Positions 1 to 9,927 of a DNA stretch of 29,384 nucleotides are shown here, piece by piece (the stretch's first letter is position 1; each line of letters opens with the position of its first letter). The notes under the pieces were generated by a model that was not told the origin of the DNA, did no database searches, and saw only the letters and a list, made by a program, of their open reading frames with translations. A program made the translations under genes and the position numbers. The DNA lies in assembly GCA_051294375.1 (NCBI GenBank), contig CM119264.1, forward strand, positions 3,845,704-3,875,087, read 5' to 3'. Origin of the DNA: Paraspadella gotoi (taxonomy: Eukaryota > Animalia > Chaetognatha).

Positions 1-34
<34 letters not shown>

Positions 35-44
35 CCTCCCCTAG

Positions 45-172
45 TTCTTCTCGAACGAAACGACGCGAGAGAACGAATTCTGTCTCATCCAAGACTACAG
101 AACCGGAATGAGCGGTCTGCTCGCGGGGGAACAGTTCAACTGCATGGCCGACGGTCTCAACGCGTTGGATGG
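45..172 (+). CDS. Internal exon of ZP-EGF-SEA gene (first half of ZP-C subdomain); gene start lies upstream of the window
   Basis: Polypyrimidine+ctag acceptor (AG 43-44) and gtgag donor (173). Reads FFSNETTRENEFCLIQDYRTGMSGLLAGEQFNCMADGLNALDG; ends phase 2 and joins exon 681 in frame. Confidence 0.75.
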
Positions 173-195
173 GTGAGAAGAGTAGGGAAGCTTAA

Positions 196-196
<1 letters not shown>

Positions 197-290
<94 letters not shown>
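197..290. repeat. (CT)n microsatellite; other (CT/GA)n tracts at about 1-34, 10416-10437, 11136-11240, 12217-12320, 15698-15810, 17215-17300, 18308-18410, 20340-20421, 21067-21099, 25942-25972, 28650-28717, 28758-28817
   Basis: Directly visible dinucleotide runs. Confidence 0.97.
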
Positions 291-293
<3 letters not shown>

Positions 294-680
294 ATTTTAA
301 AATAGCAAAATTTCATGATCCCTCGGTTAGTTCAACCTGGTTCTACGCTCTAGCGGCCGTCCGTAGCGAAAATGGAGCCCAAACGCACTTTATATTTTCT
401 TAATAATCTTCGATTTATTGACGGGCTTTAAATGGTTCCCTTGTAATGGGCCGCAGTCTAATTCATAGACCAATCCAAAAATTCAAATAAATTAATTCGT
501 TCAACCAACGAACTCACAAATCCATCCTAGGCTGATTAAACTCTGAGATAATTGATTAATTGAGAGTTATTGACTTATTGTGACAGAAGAAACAATCGAA
601 GACAGAGAAATTGATTCCCAAAATGTTTCTGTTTTTTTCTTTTTTTCTTTTTCACCCGATTTTTTCTCTCCGATCGGCAG

Positions 681-887
681 ATGGCGCGTCGAGCGCGGAA
701 ATCCCTTCAACAACACCTTTAAGAACTACGTCAACTTCCGCGCCTTCCTCTACAAGAGCAACGTGACCCTCGAAGAGCCCGCCAACATCTTCCTCGCCTG
801 CAACGTCTCCATCTGCCACACCGGCAACACCACAGATGCAAACTGTTGGAGGGGATGCGCCAGCGGGATTTCCAAACGATCCTTAGA
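681..887 (+). CDS. Exon encoding C-terminal part of a zona pellucida (ZP-C) domain plus dibasic cleavage-like site
   Basis: ggcag acceptor, gtaaag donor. WRVERGNPFNNTFKNYVNFRAFLYKSNVTLEEPANIFLACNVSICHTGNTTDANCWRGCASGISKRSL fits the ZP-C end pattern F-x-AF-x-F/Y...[IV][FY]LxCxVx[IL]C...C...C followed by KR; strongly C-ending codons. Confidence 0.8.
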
Positions 888-1217
888 GTAAAGATTAAAA
901 TTTCTTTCTATATTTTTTTCTTGTTTATTTTTGTTTAACAATTTATAAGACTTTTTGTTGATTAAAAAACTTGGTATTTTTTATTTCTCTCTTTTCATCT
1001 GTTAATTTTTTCTACGTCGTTTATTATTTAATTTTTTATACATTTTCATTCATTCATTCATTCATGTCATTCATCTAGTATGTCATTCATATCATAATCA
1101 TCCACAATTCCACCTCACAAACTTCCAATCCCCCATGCCAAATGCACCACTCTCCACCATCCCCCAATTATCCGCCCATCCCCAATCGACCCCCACGCTC
1201 CGCCGACCTCCTCCTAG

Positions 1218-1566
1218 CTCCCCCCTTTCGAATCCCACCAGCCGGTCGTCGGAACCATCAACACCACCATAACTCTCCGAAAGAATTCACCTAGGAATCC
1301 AGTTGCAGCATGTCGTCGGAGGGAGGATGCGCCTGGCGCCGCACGAGGACGCCGCCACGGCAGCCACGCGATGCGACAGCACGGGTTTTCGCGTCGGATA
1401 CGACTTGTTCGGCAAACGAGTAGGCGGGCCAAGGGCTTCGTCACCAACAGTCGGATCGAAACGACAAACTTGCGTCAGGAAGGTTGGAAGTTGGAAGTAC
1501 TTCGGTTCGATCTACACGAAGAGCGGCGACCGAGTGAGGCGCGGATGTTGCCACATACTTGTCAAG
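1218..1566 (+). CDS. Frameshifted exon: candidate external hydrophobic patch then about two degenerate EGF-like repeats
   Basis: ctcctag acceptor (1217). Pieces lie in different frames: PVVGTINTTITLRK, CSMSSEGGCAW, CDSTGF, DTTCSANE, VTN/VGS, GWKL, PHTCQ. The CAAG|gttgga donor (phase 1) joins the next exon to give HTCQDVDEC. Several indels are needed, so read errors or decay. Confidence 0.55.
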
Positions 1567-1734
1567 GTTGGATTGATTGATTAGATGGATATATGGATTT
1601 GATTGAATGGGATTGAATTGATTGGAAGTGTTGATTCTTTTATTTGATGTAGTGAGTAATGTCGATGGAAATGTGGCGATTGTTTTCAATTTATCAAGTT
1701 ATCTGTATTTTTTAAAAATGTATTATATTTAGGA

Positions 1735-1850
1735 AAATTGGTACAACCAAAATATAAAATTATTCATTTAATTTAATAAATAAGCATCTTGCCCCTGACT
1801 ATTGACAGGCATTAATAAGGTGGTTTAGGCTCCATTACTCTTTACAAAGA
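1735..1850. repeat. Dispersed repeat fragment, also at ~20771-20880 and ~22790-22860
   Basis: Shared aaattggtacaaccaa...aattattcatt...atcttgcccctgact..gacaggc...ggtggttta.ggc.ccat.actct sequence. Confidence 0.65.
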
Positions 1851-2266
1851 AAATTGGAACATAGGCAGGTCCCTGGCAGTCTACGTTTATTCGCTCTCAA
1901 CAGAGTTCCTGGCTCCCTATTAATGAAGTGGATTAATAATAATTTAAAGAAAATGTCAATTGTATGAAAGACCAGCTACTTGAAGTATTAAGATCGGGAA
2001 TAACTATATTGTAACTCCGCCCAGCATCAAAATACAAGGAGCTGGATTTTATGAATTTGGTACAACCAAATTATTTTTATTTATTTATTTATTATGTTAT
2101 CATAATGTGGTTGATAATTTGATTTAGCGATGAATTGAAAGATCTATTGATTGTTATATTTACAAATAGATCCTAGGAAAGAGAAAGAGATAAATAGAGG
2201 AAGAGAGAGACAGAGACAGACAGAGCCAAATCTAAAAAAAACTCTCCCAACCTCATTTCTCTCCAG

Positions 2267-2496
2267 ACGTTGACGAGTGCAAAGGCAGCCCATGCGGCCC
2301 CAACTTGGACTGCGTCAACACAATTGGCTCCTTCCTCTGCCTCTGCCCCAAAGGCTCCATCAAGGACGGCGGGGCGTGCCTGAGGACGACCTCCTTCCGA
2401 GGCTCCTTCAATGCCAAAGCCTTCGCGGTCGGATCCGGGGCGGCCCTGGGCGGATCTGGGCGATACAGACAGATGGAAGCCTTCGTCAGGAAAGAG
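2267..2496 (+). CDS. Exon: calcium-binding EGF domain plus start of SEA domain
   Basis: ctccag acceptor, gttag donor. DVDECKGSPCGPNLDCVNTIGSFLCLCPKGSIKDGGAC is a six-Cys cbEGF consensus; followed by SFRGSF...YRQMEAFVRKE, typical of the SEA first strand and helix. Confidence 0.9.
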
Positions 2497-3076
2497 GTTA
2501 GATATATCAAGTATAATTTTGAATTAAAGTTACTAATTTTTGTTGTTGTCGTAGTTGTAATTTTTTTGTTCTGGTTTCTCTTTTTCGAGCTTGTTTTCAT
2601 TATTTTTTTTAGTTCTGTTTTTAATTTATTCATTTACTTGTTTAATAATTTAATTATTTTTATCTTGTATATCCTGTTTATTTTGTCTTATTTTGTTCCA
2701 TTTCCTTTTTTAAAATTCAATTTCTGTCTCTTTTCTTTTTAATTTTTTTATTGTTGTTCATTTTTTAAAAATCTTTTCATTTCTCTTCATTTCTCATTTT
2801 CTTTTTCTTTCATTTTTTATCTTTTTTTTTTGTAATCCTGTTATTTCTTTAATTTTTTAAATTCTCTCTCTTATTCTTTTCTACCGAATTTTGTTGTCAT
2901 TTTTTCCCTAATGAGAGCGAGTTTCTTAGAATTTGGACAATTGGAATCTCGTTGATCGCATCTTCGATTTGCATCCAATTTGCGTTTGGGTTTTTTTTTA
3001 ATCGTGTCGAACAAAAACTTACCTTTTACTTACCTCACCCTGAACCCTTTGATTTCCCTTACATCCGGGTCTCCAG

Positions 3077-3171
3077 CTCACGGGCATCTTCGGCTATGCC
3101 TTCAAAACGACTGTGAGCGTCAAGATCCTTGGCTTCGTCAGATCGGGAGACGTCGTCGAAGTTCAGTTTAA
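3077..3171 (+). CDS. Exon: middle of SEA domain
   Basis: ctccag acceptor, gtcagt donor, phase 0 to 2. LTGIFGYAFKTTVSVKILGFVRSGDVVEVQF corresponds to the SEA 'V.ILGF..GSVVV.F' region. Confidence 0.75.
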
Positions 3172-3409
3172 GTCAGTAATGTTTTAAACTTTTCAATTAT
3201 TAAAACATTATGTTGTGTAAAGCTAAATTTATTTTCTTCGCATTCATTAACTATGGAGACAAATTTAATTTTTTCTTTACGTATTTTTGCTTGAGAAAAA
3301 CATTAATTTTATATTTATAACACGTGTTTACAAACGAGTAAACTTGTGGTATAAATTATATTTTCTGGCGTCCCTTTTGTTTGTTTATATTTACTTTTTT
3401 CGCCGTCAG

Positions 3410-3534
3410 AGTGAACGTGGCGTCGCGACAGAAACTTGACACCGACGAGGAGCGTCTCGAGGCGTCGCTGAAGGAGGCGATCATCGTCCGCGGAAACGAC
3501 GCTGATTTTGATCTGAATCACCTTAGAATCTGGG
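3410..3534 (+). CDS. Exon: end of SEA domain
   Basis: gtcag acceptor, gtaagg donor, phase 2 to 1, in frame with the previous exon. VNVASRQKLDTDEERLEASLKEAIIVRGNDADFDLNHLRIW. Confidence 0.75.
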
Positions 3535-3610
3535 GTAAGGTCGATGGTAATGGTAAGGGTCTTGATAAGGGCTTCCGGTAGACTGGAGGTAATGAAAGGC
3601 GCAGTTAAAG

Positions 3611-5313
3611 AAGTAACGTTCCACATCACAGCTGGTCGGTTCAGATCTGATCTCAGCCAAAACGAAGCTCAATGCTCGTTCGGGCCAAATATTGTCCGCC
3701 CGTGACGCGGAATTCCGGCGTAGTTTAAATGGCGATTTTTTTTCCATTTCCATCGGTGACTTTGAGAGGCGAAAAAAAAATCGTGAAAACTTAAAACTTG
3801 ATCCTGAGTGAGAGTTTTTGTCTTGATAATGTTAAAGTTTTACCTTTCTTGGTAGTCAATTCGTCCTAAATTTTACCCACCCCCCCACAACAGTGCGTGT
3901 CACCGCGTCCTGCCTGACCGGAGGTCTATTCACCAACGGGCGAACCACATTTCCTACGGACGGGCATAATATCTGGTGCGCGCTTTGGAAGGCTTCTACT
4001 CTTTCCCTGGAAACGGTGGGAGATAAGATCCGTCCGATGGGCTACTCTCGGTCTTGAAAATTCAAATCGCGAGCCCTCGCGGCTTTAGGACCCAAGCGCT
4101 TTCCTTGATCTATTTTTTATCTCATATAATATATATATTGATGGCGAAGACCCGAGTAAATTAGCTACAAAGGGGAAATACTGTTGCGTATGTTAGCATT
4201 CCCGTCGCCGTGAGGCCAGTTCTCTTCTTTTCTATTTTTTTCAAGTTTTTTTTTAATTTTGGTTTAAGCGACGTTGAGCTTTTTGTTTCGAAAGCAAACT
4301 CGGGCGACCTCTTAGAAGTGTACTACTGCCTTTTATTTTTTTCTTTTTTATTTTTTCTCAAAACCGTTCGGACACTCATCCCTACTCCACGTTATATTCA
4401 ATTGAATATATAAATTTAGAAAAAAACTCCTTTCTTGTTCAGCAGAGAATCCTCACCAAAAAAAAAATAAAACTTTCATAAATTGTTTTTTATATTTAAC
4501 AAAGGCACTTTCGATTTACTGCTTTTTTACTTCGCTATTACTACCTTCTCAATTAGTTACTGTTGATTCAAAACTTATGGCACCGGTCTATTTAATTAAT
4601 GATAAAAAATTCGTAAGCAATATGCGTTTCTATTGTGCGTTAACATTGCGACATATCAATCTCATATAAAAAGAAAAATCGCTACATCGATGCCTTTTTA
4701 TTTCCACCTTTTTATTAACTATTAAAATAGTTTAACCAGAAACAAAAAATCGTCAATGATCGCATAAAGAATACAGCTAGGGAAGAAAGCATTTTTGGAC
4801 CATTTGCGACTGGATAAATTAATACACCATACCAAGAATTACCTTGAAAAAAAAATCGACACTTTATCTGAACATTTAATTAGTTGATGAAATTTTGGCA
4901 TATAACGGTTTCCAATACAAATAAAAAGCAGCCCGAATCAAAAATCTCGCGCAAGCCTTTGATAACTATACGCTTATTGTTTAAGTAAAATCTTCGTAAA
5001 AAAAATTCCTGCCTCTTTCTCCTCGCTTCTTCTCTTTACAAGAATTCGATAAACAATAAGTGAAACAATCACCAAAAGAAATAAGAGCAAATATAGCCAA
5101 AAACTGTCATAAAAGAAAGGTTTGTTGCAATGTTTGTTGTTTGGCTCCTCTTCTTCTAAGACCATACAGATTCGCTCCTTCCGTCGGACTTCTGCTCTGT
5201 GGGAAAAAAAATTGTAATAAAACACATTTAAATAAAAGATATAATAAAGATATTTTTAGTAAATAATAAAATAAAATTTTAAATAAATTAGGTCAAATAT
5301 CCTTGCGGCCAAG
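3611..5313. repeat. Indel-rich duplicate: 3835-5194 is the reverse complement of ~5340-6575; 3611-3834 is repeated directly at 6577-6794
   Basis: Contains frameshifted copies of the FReD last exon (+, ~3894-4057) and of the TM exon (-, 4974-5196); the arms meet at the 25-N gap 5315-5339. Confidence 0.85.
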
Positions 5314-5342
5314 ANNNNNNNNNNNNNNNNNNNNNNNNNCAG

Positions 5343-5536
5343 AAGTCGACGGAAGGAGCGAATCTGATGTCTTAGAAGAAGAGGAGCCCAAACACAAACA
5401 TTGCAACAAACTTTCTTTATTGACAGTTTTGGCTTTTTGCTCTTTTCTTTTGGTGATTGTTTCTCTTATTTTTTATCGAATTCGTGTGAAGAGAAGAAAC
5501 GAAAAAGCGGATTTTTTACTTAACGAAAGCGGATAG
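5343..5536 (+). CDS. Terminal exon with transmembrane helix and short tail; probable last exon of the ZP-EGF-SEA gene
   Basis: EVDGRSESDVLEEEEPKHKHCNK-LSLLTVLAFCSFLLVIVSLIFY-RIRVKRRNEKADFLLNESG*: 22-aa hydrophobic run plus basic stop-transfer. The acceptor region ttttttcccacagagcag survives in the inverted copy near 5192-5210; the CAG at 5340-5342 gives phase 1, matching the donor after 3534. Assignment to the ZP gene is inference. Confidence 0.6.
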
Positions 5537-6362
5537 TTATCAAAGCTGCTTTTTATTTGTTGAACCGTTATGCCAAAATTTTCATCACTAATTAAAATGT
5601 TCAGATAAAGGTGTCGATTTTTTTTCGGTAATTTTTTTGGTGTATTAATTTAGTCGAATGCAAAATGCTTTCTTCCTAGGTGTATTTCTTTTTGGTCAAC
5701 GAACGATTTTTGTTTCTGGTTAAACTATTTAAAGTAATAAAAAGGGGAAAAAAGGCATCGATGTAGCGATTTTTCTTTTTATTATTGAGATTGATATGTC
5801 GCAATGTGAACCACAATAGAACCATATTGCTTACGAATATTTTTTCATTAATTAATAGACGTGCCATAAGTTTTTGATCAACAGTAACTAATTGAGAAGG
5901 TAGATAATACGAACAGTAAATCGAAAGTGCTTGTTAAATATAAAAAACAATTTATGAAGTTTTTTTTTTTTGGTGAGATTCTCTCTTGAACAAGAAGGAG
6001 TTTTTCTAAATTTTATATATTCATTGAATATACGCAGTTAGGGATGAGTGTCGACGGTTTTTGAAAAGAAAAAATAAAAGAAAAAATAAAATGGCAGTAG
6101 TACGAACTTCTAGGAGGTCGCCCGAGTTTGCTTTCGAAACAAAAGCTCAACCGTCGTTTGAACCAAAATTAAAAAAAAACTTGAAAAATAGAAAGAAGAG
6201 AACTGGCCTCCGCGAGGGATGCTCACACACGCAACAGGTATTTCCCCTTTGTAGCTAATTTACTCGGGTCTTCGCCAATCCTATATATATTATATGAGAA
6301 AAATAGATCAAGGAAAGCGCTTGGGTCCTAAAAAGCCGCGAGGGCTCGGCGATTTGAATTTT

Positions 6363-6520
6363 TCAAGACGAGATGTAGCCCATCGGCCGGATCTTAATCT
6401 CCACCGTTTTCAGGGAAGAGTAGAAGCCTTTCCAAGCGCCCCAGATTATGCCCGTCCCGTAGGATGTGGTTCGCCCGTTGGTGGAATAGACTCCGGTCAG
6501 GCAGGACCGGTGACACGCAT
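6363..6520 (-). CDS. Last exon of fibrinogen C-terminal domain (FReD) protein, copy A
   Basis: ccccccacaacag acceptor; intact (N)ACHRSCLTGVYSTNGRTTSYGTGIIWGAWKGFYSSLKTVEIKIRPMGYISS*, matching the ficolin/tachylectin-5/FIBCD1-type C-terminus (CH..GI.W..WKG..SLK..EMKIRP). Confidence 0.92.
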
Positions 6521-7239
6521 CTGTTGTGGGGGGTGGGTAAATTAGGCGAATTAACTACCAGAAGGTAAAACTTAACAAGTAACGTTCCACATCACAGCTG
6601 GTCGGTTCAGATCTGATCTCAGCCACAACGAAGCTCATGCCGTTCGGGCAAATATTTGTCCCGCCGATGACGTCGGAATTCCGGCGTAGTTTAAATGGCG
6701 ATTATTTTTCCATTTCCATCGGTGACTTTAGAGGAAAAAAAAATTAAAACTTAAAACTTGATCCTGAGTGAGAGTTTTTGTCTTGATAATGTTANNNNNN
6801 NNNNNNNNNNNNNNNNNNNNNNNNNNNNNNNNNNNNNNNNNNNNNNNNNNNNNNNNNNNNNNNNNNNNNNNNNNNNNNNNNNNNNNNNNNNNNNNNNNNN
6901 NNNNNNNNNNNNNNNNNNNNNNNNNNNNNNNNNNNNNNNNNNNNNNNNNNNNNNNNNNNNNNNNNNNNNNNNNNNNNNNNNNNNNNNNNNNNNNNNNNNN
7001 NNNNNNNNNNNNNNNNNNNNNNNNNNNNNNNNNNNNNNNNNNNNNNNNNNNNNNNNNNNNNNNNNNNNNNNNNNNNNNNNNNNNNNNNNNNNNNNNNNNN
7101 NNNNNNNNNNNNNNNNNNNNNNNNNNNNNNNNNNNNNNNNNNNNNNNNNNNNNNNNNNNNNNNNNNNNNNNNNNNNNNNNNNNNNNNNNNNNNNNNNNNN
7201 NNNNNNNNNNNNNNNNNNNNNNNNNNNNNNNNNNCCTAC

Positions 7240-7321
7240 TTTTTGTTTCCTTGAAAATCCTCCATATCGATTCTCAACGTATTCTTTCCCATCGAAGCGA
7301 ATTTGTGAATGTTTTCGAGTC
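7240..7321 (-). CDS. FReD exon, copy A
   Basis: cactag acceptor, gtagg donor; (G)[26 protein letters not shown], the conserved FReD NIH...LRID.EDF motif. Separated from the preceding exon by a 64-nt intron. Confidence 0.9.
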
Positions 7322-7385
7322 CTAGTGAAAACCAAAAATAAATCATTCAAAATGCTGTCCCTGTCAGCATTAAACGGCCCCTCAC

Positions 7386-7496
7386 CTAGCCAGTATTCTC
7401 CAGAGACTGATCCGAATCCAATCTTGTACTCTTGCCATCCTCTGTAGAAATCCACATCGCCGCTCTCTCGCCTCATTACGGTCAGCCAGCCTCCGC
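7386..7496 (-). CDS. FReD exon, copy A
   Basis: tttcag acceptor, gtgag donor; [37 protein letters not shown], the hallmark fibrinogen-C motif. Confidence 0.93.
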
Positions 7497-7835
7497 CTGA
7501 AACAATTTCCATTTCTTCAATTTTCTTGTCAATTTTGAATAATTAANNNNNNNNNNNNNNNNNNNNNNNNNAAAAAGAGAGAGATAAACAATTTGACTAA
7601 TGTGGAACTTGTTTTATTATTACCTGACTAGAAAACTTTAATTGTATTTCGTTATAAAAGTTGATAAATTATCAATGTTGTTTTTTGAAACTTATTTAAG
7701 GAATACAATTGTTTAAAAGTTAAAAGTGTTACAGAAAAACAAAAAACTGTATTAAATTTGCAGAATAGCAGGTTGCAAAAAGATTAAAAATTGGCGAAAC
7801 TGTTAATTTACTGATGAAGTTGCACGTGTCTTTGT

Positions 7836-8193
7836 TTACTCTTCTTCTCGGTGATAAGAACGCCCTGGTTTGTGTTCATGGGTTTGTGATGAGTCTGTAG
7901 AACCCGAATTATAGAATGGGTGACCACTTGTAAATTTCAACTGTATAATTGATTAATATACTACTTATTCAGTTGGCTATAATTAATCATAATAAAATTA
8001 ATTTTGATTACAATGTATGTACGTACTTAATTCAAACCTTTGCAAGATTCAGGTTCGTTTGACTCACGGTTTGAAGAGCGAAAGCGAACCGATCACCCAT
8101 GACACCCTGCGAGATTCTTAACGGCGGACACGCTCGCTTGAAAAATGTTAAGATTGGCCATGGAGTGTGAGAGGGGATCGCTATATGTGTGAG
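7836..8193 (-). CDS. Candidate two-exon 3' end of an unrelated gene (exons 8193-8068 and 7940-7836)
   Basis: ttttag acceptor, GTGAGT donor, tatacag acceptor, phase 0, open frame LTHIAIPSHTPWPILTFFKRACPPLRISQGVMGDRFAFALQT/LKFTSGHPFYNSGSTDSSQTHEHKPGRSYHREEE*, downstream AATAAA near 7613-7618. No domain recognised. Confidence 0.25.
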
Positions 8194-9160
8194 CTAAAAG
8201 TTAAATTTTTAATTCGATTAACTGAGCAAAATAAATACTTGCAATGTATGAACTCAATATTAGAAATCAAAGATCATAAATCAATGTGACAGCAAGCTTA
8301 ATTTTCGTAAACAATTAGTTAAAAGTTTTTTTTCAAAATTTTATTCAATAAAAAGTAAAAAGTGATGATATTTTATTTCGCGTTTATGAATTATTGTCTA
8401 CAAATTATTGCATTTCGAATCTCAACTTATTTGTGCAATTTAGAAAAACTTATTCTAAATAAAATTGATAATTCGTTCGGTTATGATTTTGTATTGAATT
8501 GTTTTGCATACTATCAGACTATTACGTCTGCGTATTGCGTAATGCAATTTTCATATGTCCTTTTTGGTTTTATAAAAAGTTCGCAAAATGTTACATAATT
8601 TTAAAATGAGCATCGACTTACTGTGAAGAGAAGAATTGGCAAGCATGATTTTTTGTTACGATATGAAAATTGTTAGATTATGAAATTATTTTGAAAGAAG
8701 TGCTAAATAAAAACTGAATTAATTCCCTTATATATCGCGAATTCCCTCGCTGATACATTTAACCGTAGCCCCTTAGTGAATTTATAGTGTTATTTTGGCT
8801 TAAAAACATTTTTATTTTTAACCGGCGAGTCGAATTTAAAGTACCGTTTTTTAGAAATAATTATTTTGTTTTTTGAAATTTTTAGTAGCACATGGCCGAG
8901 TGGAAGTTCGTGAGAAAAGAATTTCTGTAATTGCAGAAATGTCAAATATTTCTCTCGCGCTAAAATTCCATTCCTTTTTCCATTCCTACTCTGGTAATAC
9001 AGTAGTCATATAAAATCATTGTTAATTTTAATTCTCGCGCGCCGATTTTCCCCTCCGATGGTTATAAACCTGAATAAACTCTCCGTTCATTTTAACTTTG
9101 GTTATCGAATTCTTATTCAGCTAAAAATTTCCGTCCTCCCAACTCTTCTCCGACCAATCA

Positions 9161-9343
9161 CCACCAAATGACGTTCGTCTCGACATCGGCCTCGCAAACG
9201 CGCGCGTCATGTATGTGCTGTTCCCTCGGGGTAGATTGGTGTACACGTTCCGGAGCAGTACTCGTTTTGTTCGCCAATCCGTAATTCTTCTGACTTCGAC
9301 GCTAAGTCGCAAGTGCGCGGATGGAGCTGACGAACGCTCTTGC
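9161..9343 (-). CDS. FReD N-terminal exon, copy A (insertion-riddled)
   Basis: cttcag acceptor, KSVRQLHPRTC then a noisy expanded version of the copy B exon 15886-16022. 3' boundary approximate. Confidence 0.6.
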
Positions 9344-9587
9344 CTGAAGATGGAAAGGAATTGACGACAATTCTCTTAAAAAAATAATTAGTTTTACCAT
9401 GTCTACAATTGCTACCATTGCAGATTTCCCAGTTTAACAATAACCCCGCTAATTTTCAACGCTCCTTTTTAATCTCACCCGGATTATGGCGTTCCCAAAA
9501 CTTTTCTCCTCAACCCCAGTGTCGGCCTGACCCAAGGCTCTTTTTGCCTTATCTAGTTTGGGCCTGACTCAACGCCCTTTTCCTCAC

Positions 9588-9927
9588 CCGGTTTGGGCCT
9601 GACCCAACACCCGTGGATGACATCCCCCAACATTTTGCTCTGGGCGGCGAAGGCCTCTTCCAGATCCGCCCTCGCCGTCGCCAACTGATCCTGGACTTCG
9701 GCGATGCCGTCCAGCAGCAGCGAATCTCGACGCCGCCCCTCGCCGCTGCTGCCGCTACTGCTGCCGACGCTTCCGCTGCTGCCGCTGCCGACCCCGGGTT
9801 TTCCGGCGCGGTCGCTGCCCCTGAGTGTGCCTCGATCCGTGGCGCGGAGTGTCCCGGTTCCGCGACCGGTTCCACGGTCTCCAACGCCGACGATTCCCGT
9901 CCGGCGATCCGCGACGCTCCCGCCAAA
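9588..9927 (-). CDS. FReD gene exon: Gly/Ser/Arg-rich segment followed by a short predicted coiled coil, copy A
   Basis: ctttctcag acceptor; open frame FGGSVADRRTGIVGVGDRGTGRGTG...GSGSSGSVGSSSGSSGEGRRRDSLLLDGIAEVQDQLATARADLEEAFAAQSKMLGDVIHGCWVRPKP; the CCGG|gtgagg donor is phase 1 and fits the next exon. Start codon not located. Confidence 0.7.

Noticed and set aside
95-403. (RE)n/(SL)n ORFs here and elsewhere, and ORFs running through N gaps
   Set aside because: Translation artefacts of GA/CT microsatellites and N runs.
8060-8193. CHG-TGA on the - strand as a CxxU selenoprotein motif
   Set aside because: Another frame is fully open to a GTGAGT donor; no thioredoxin-like context or SECIS identified.
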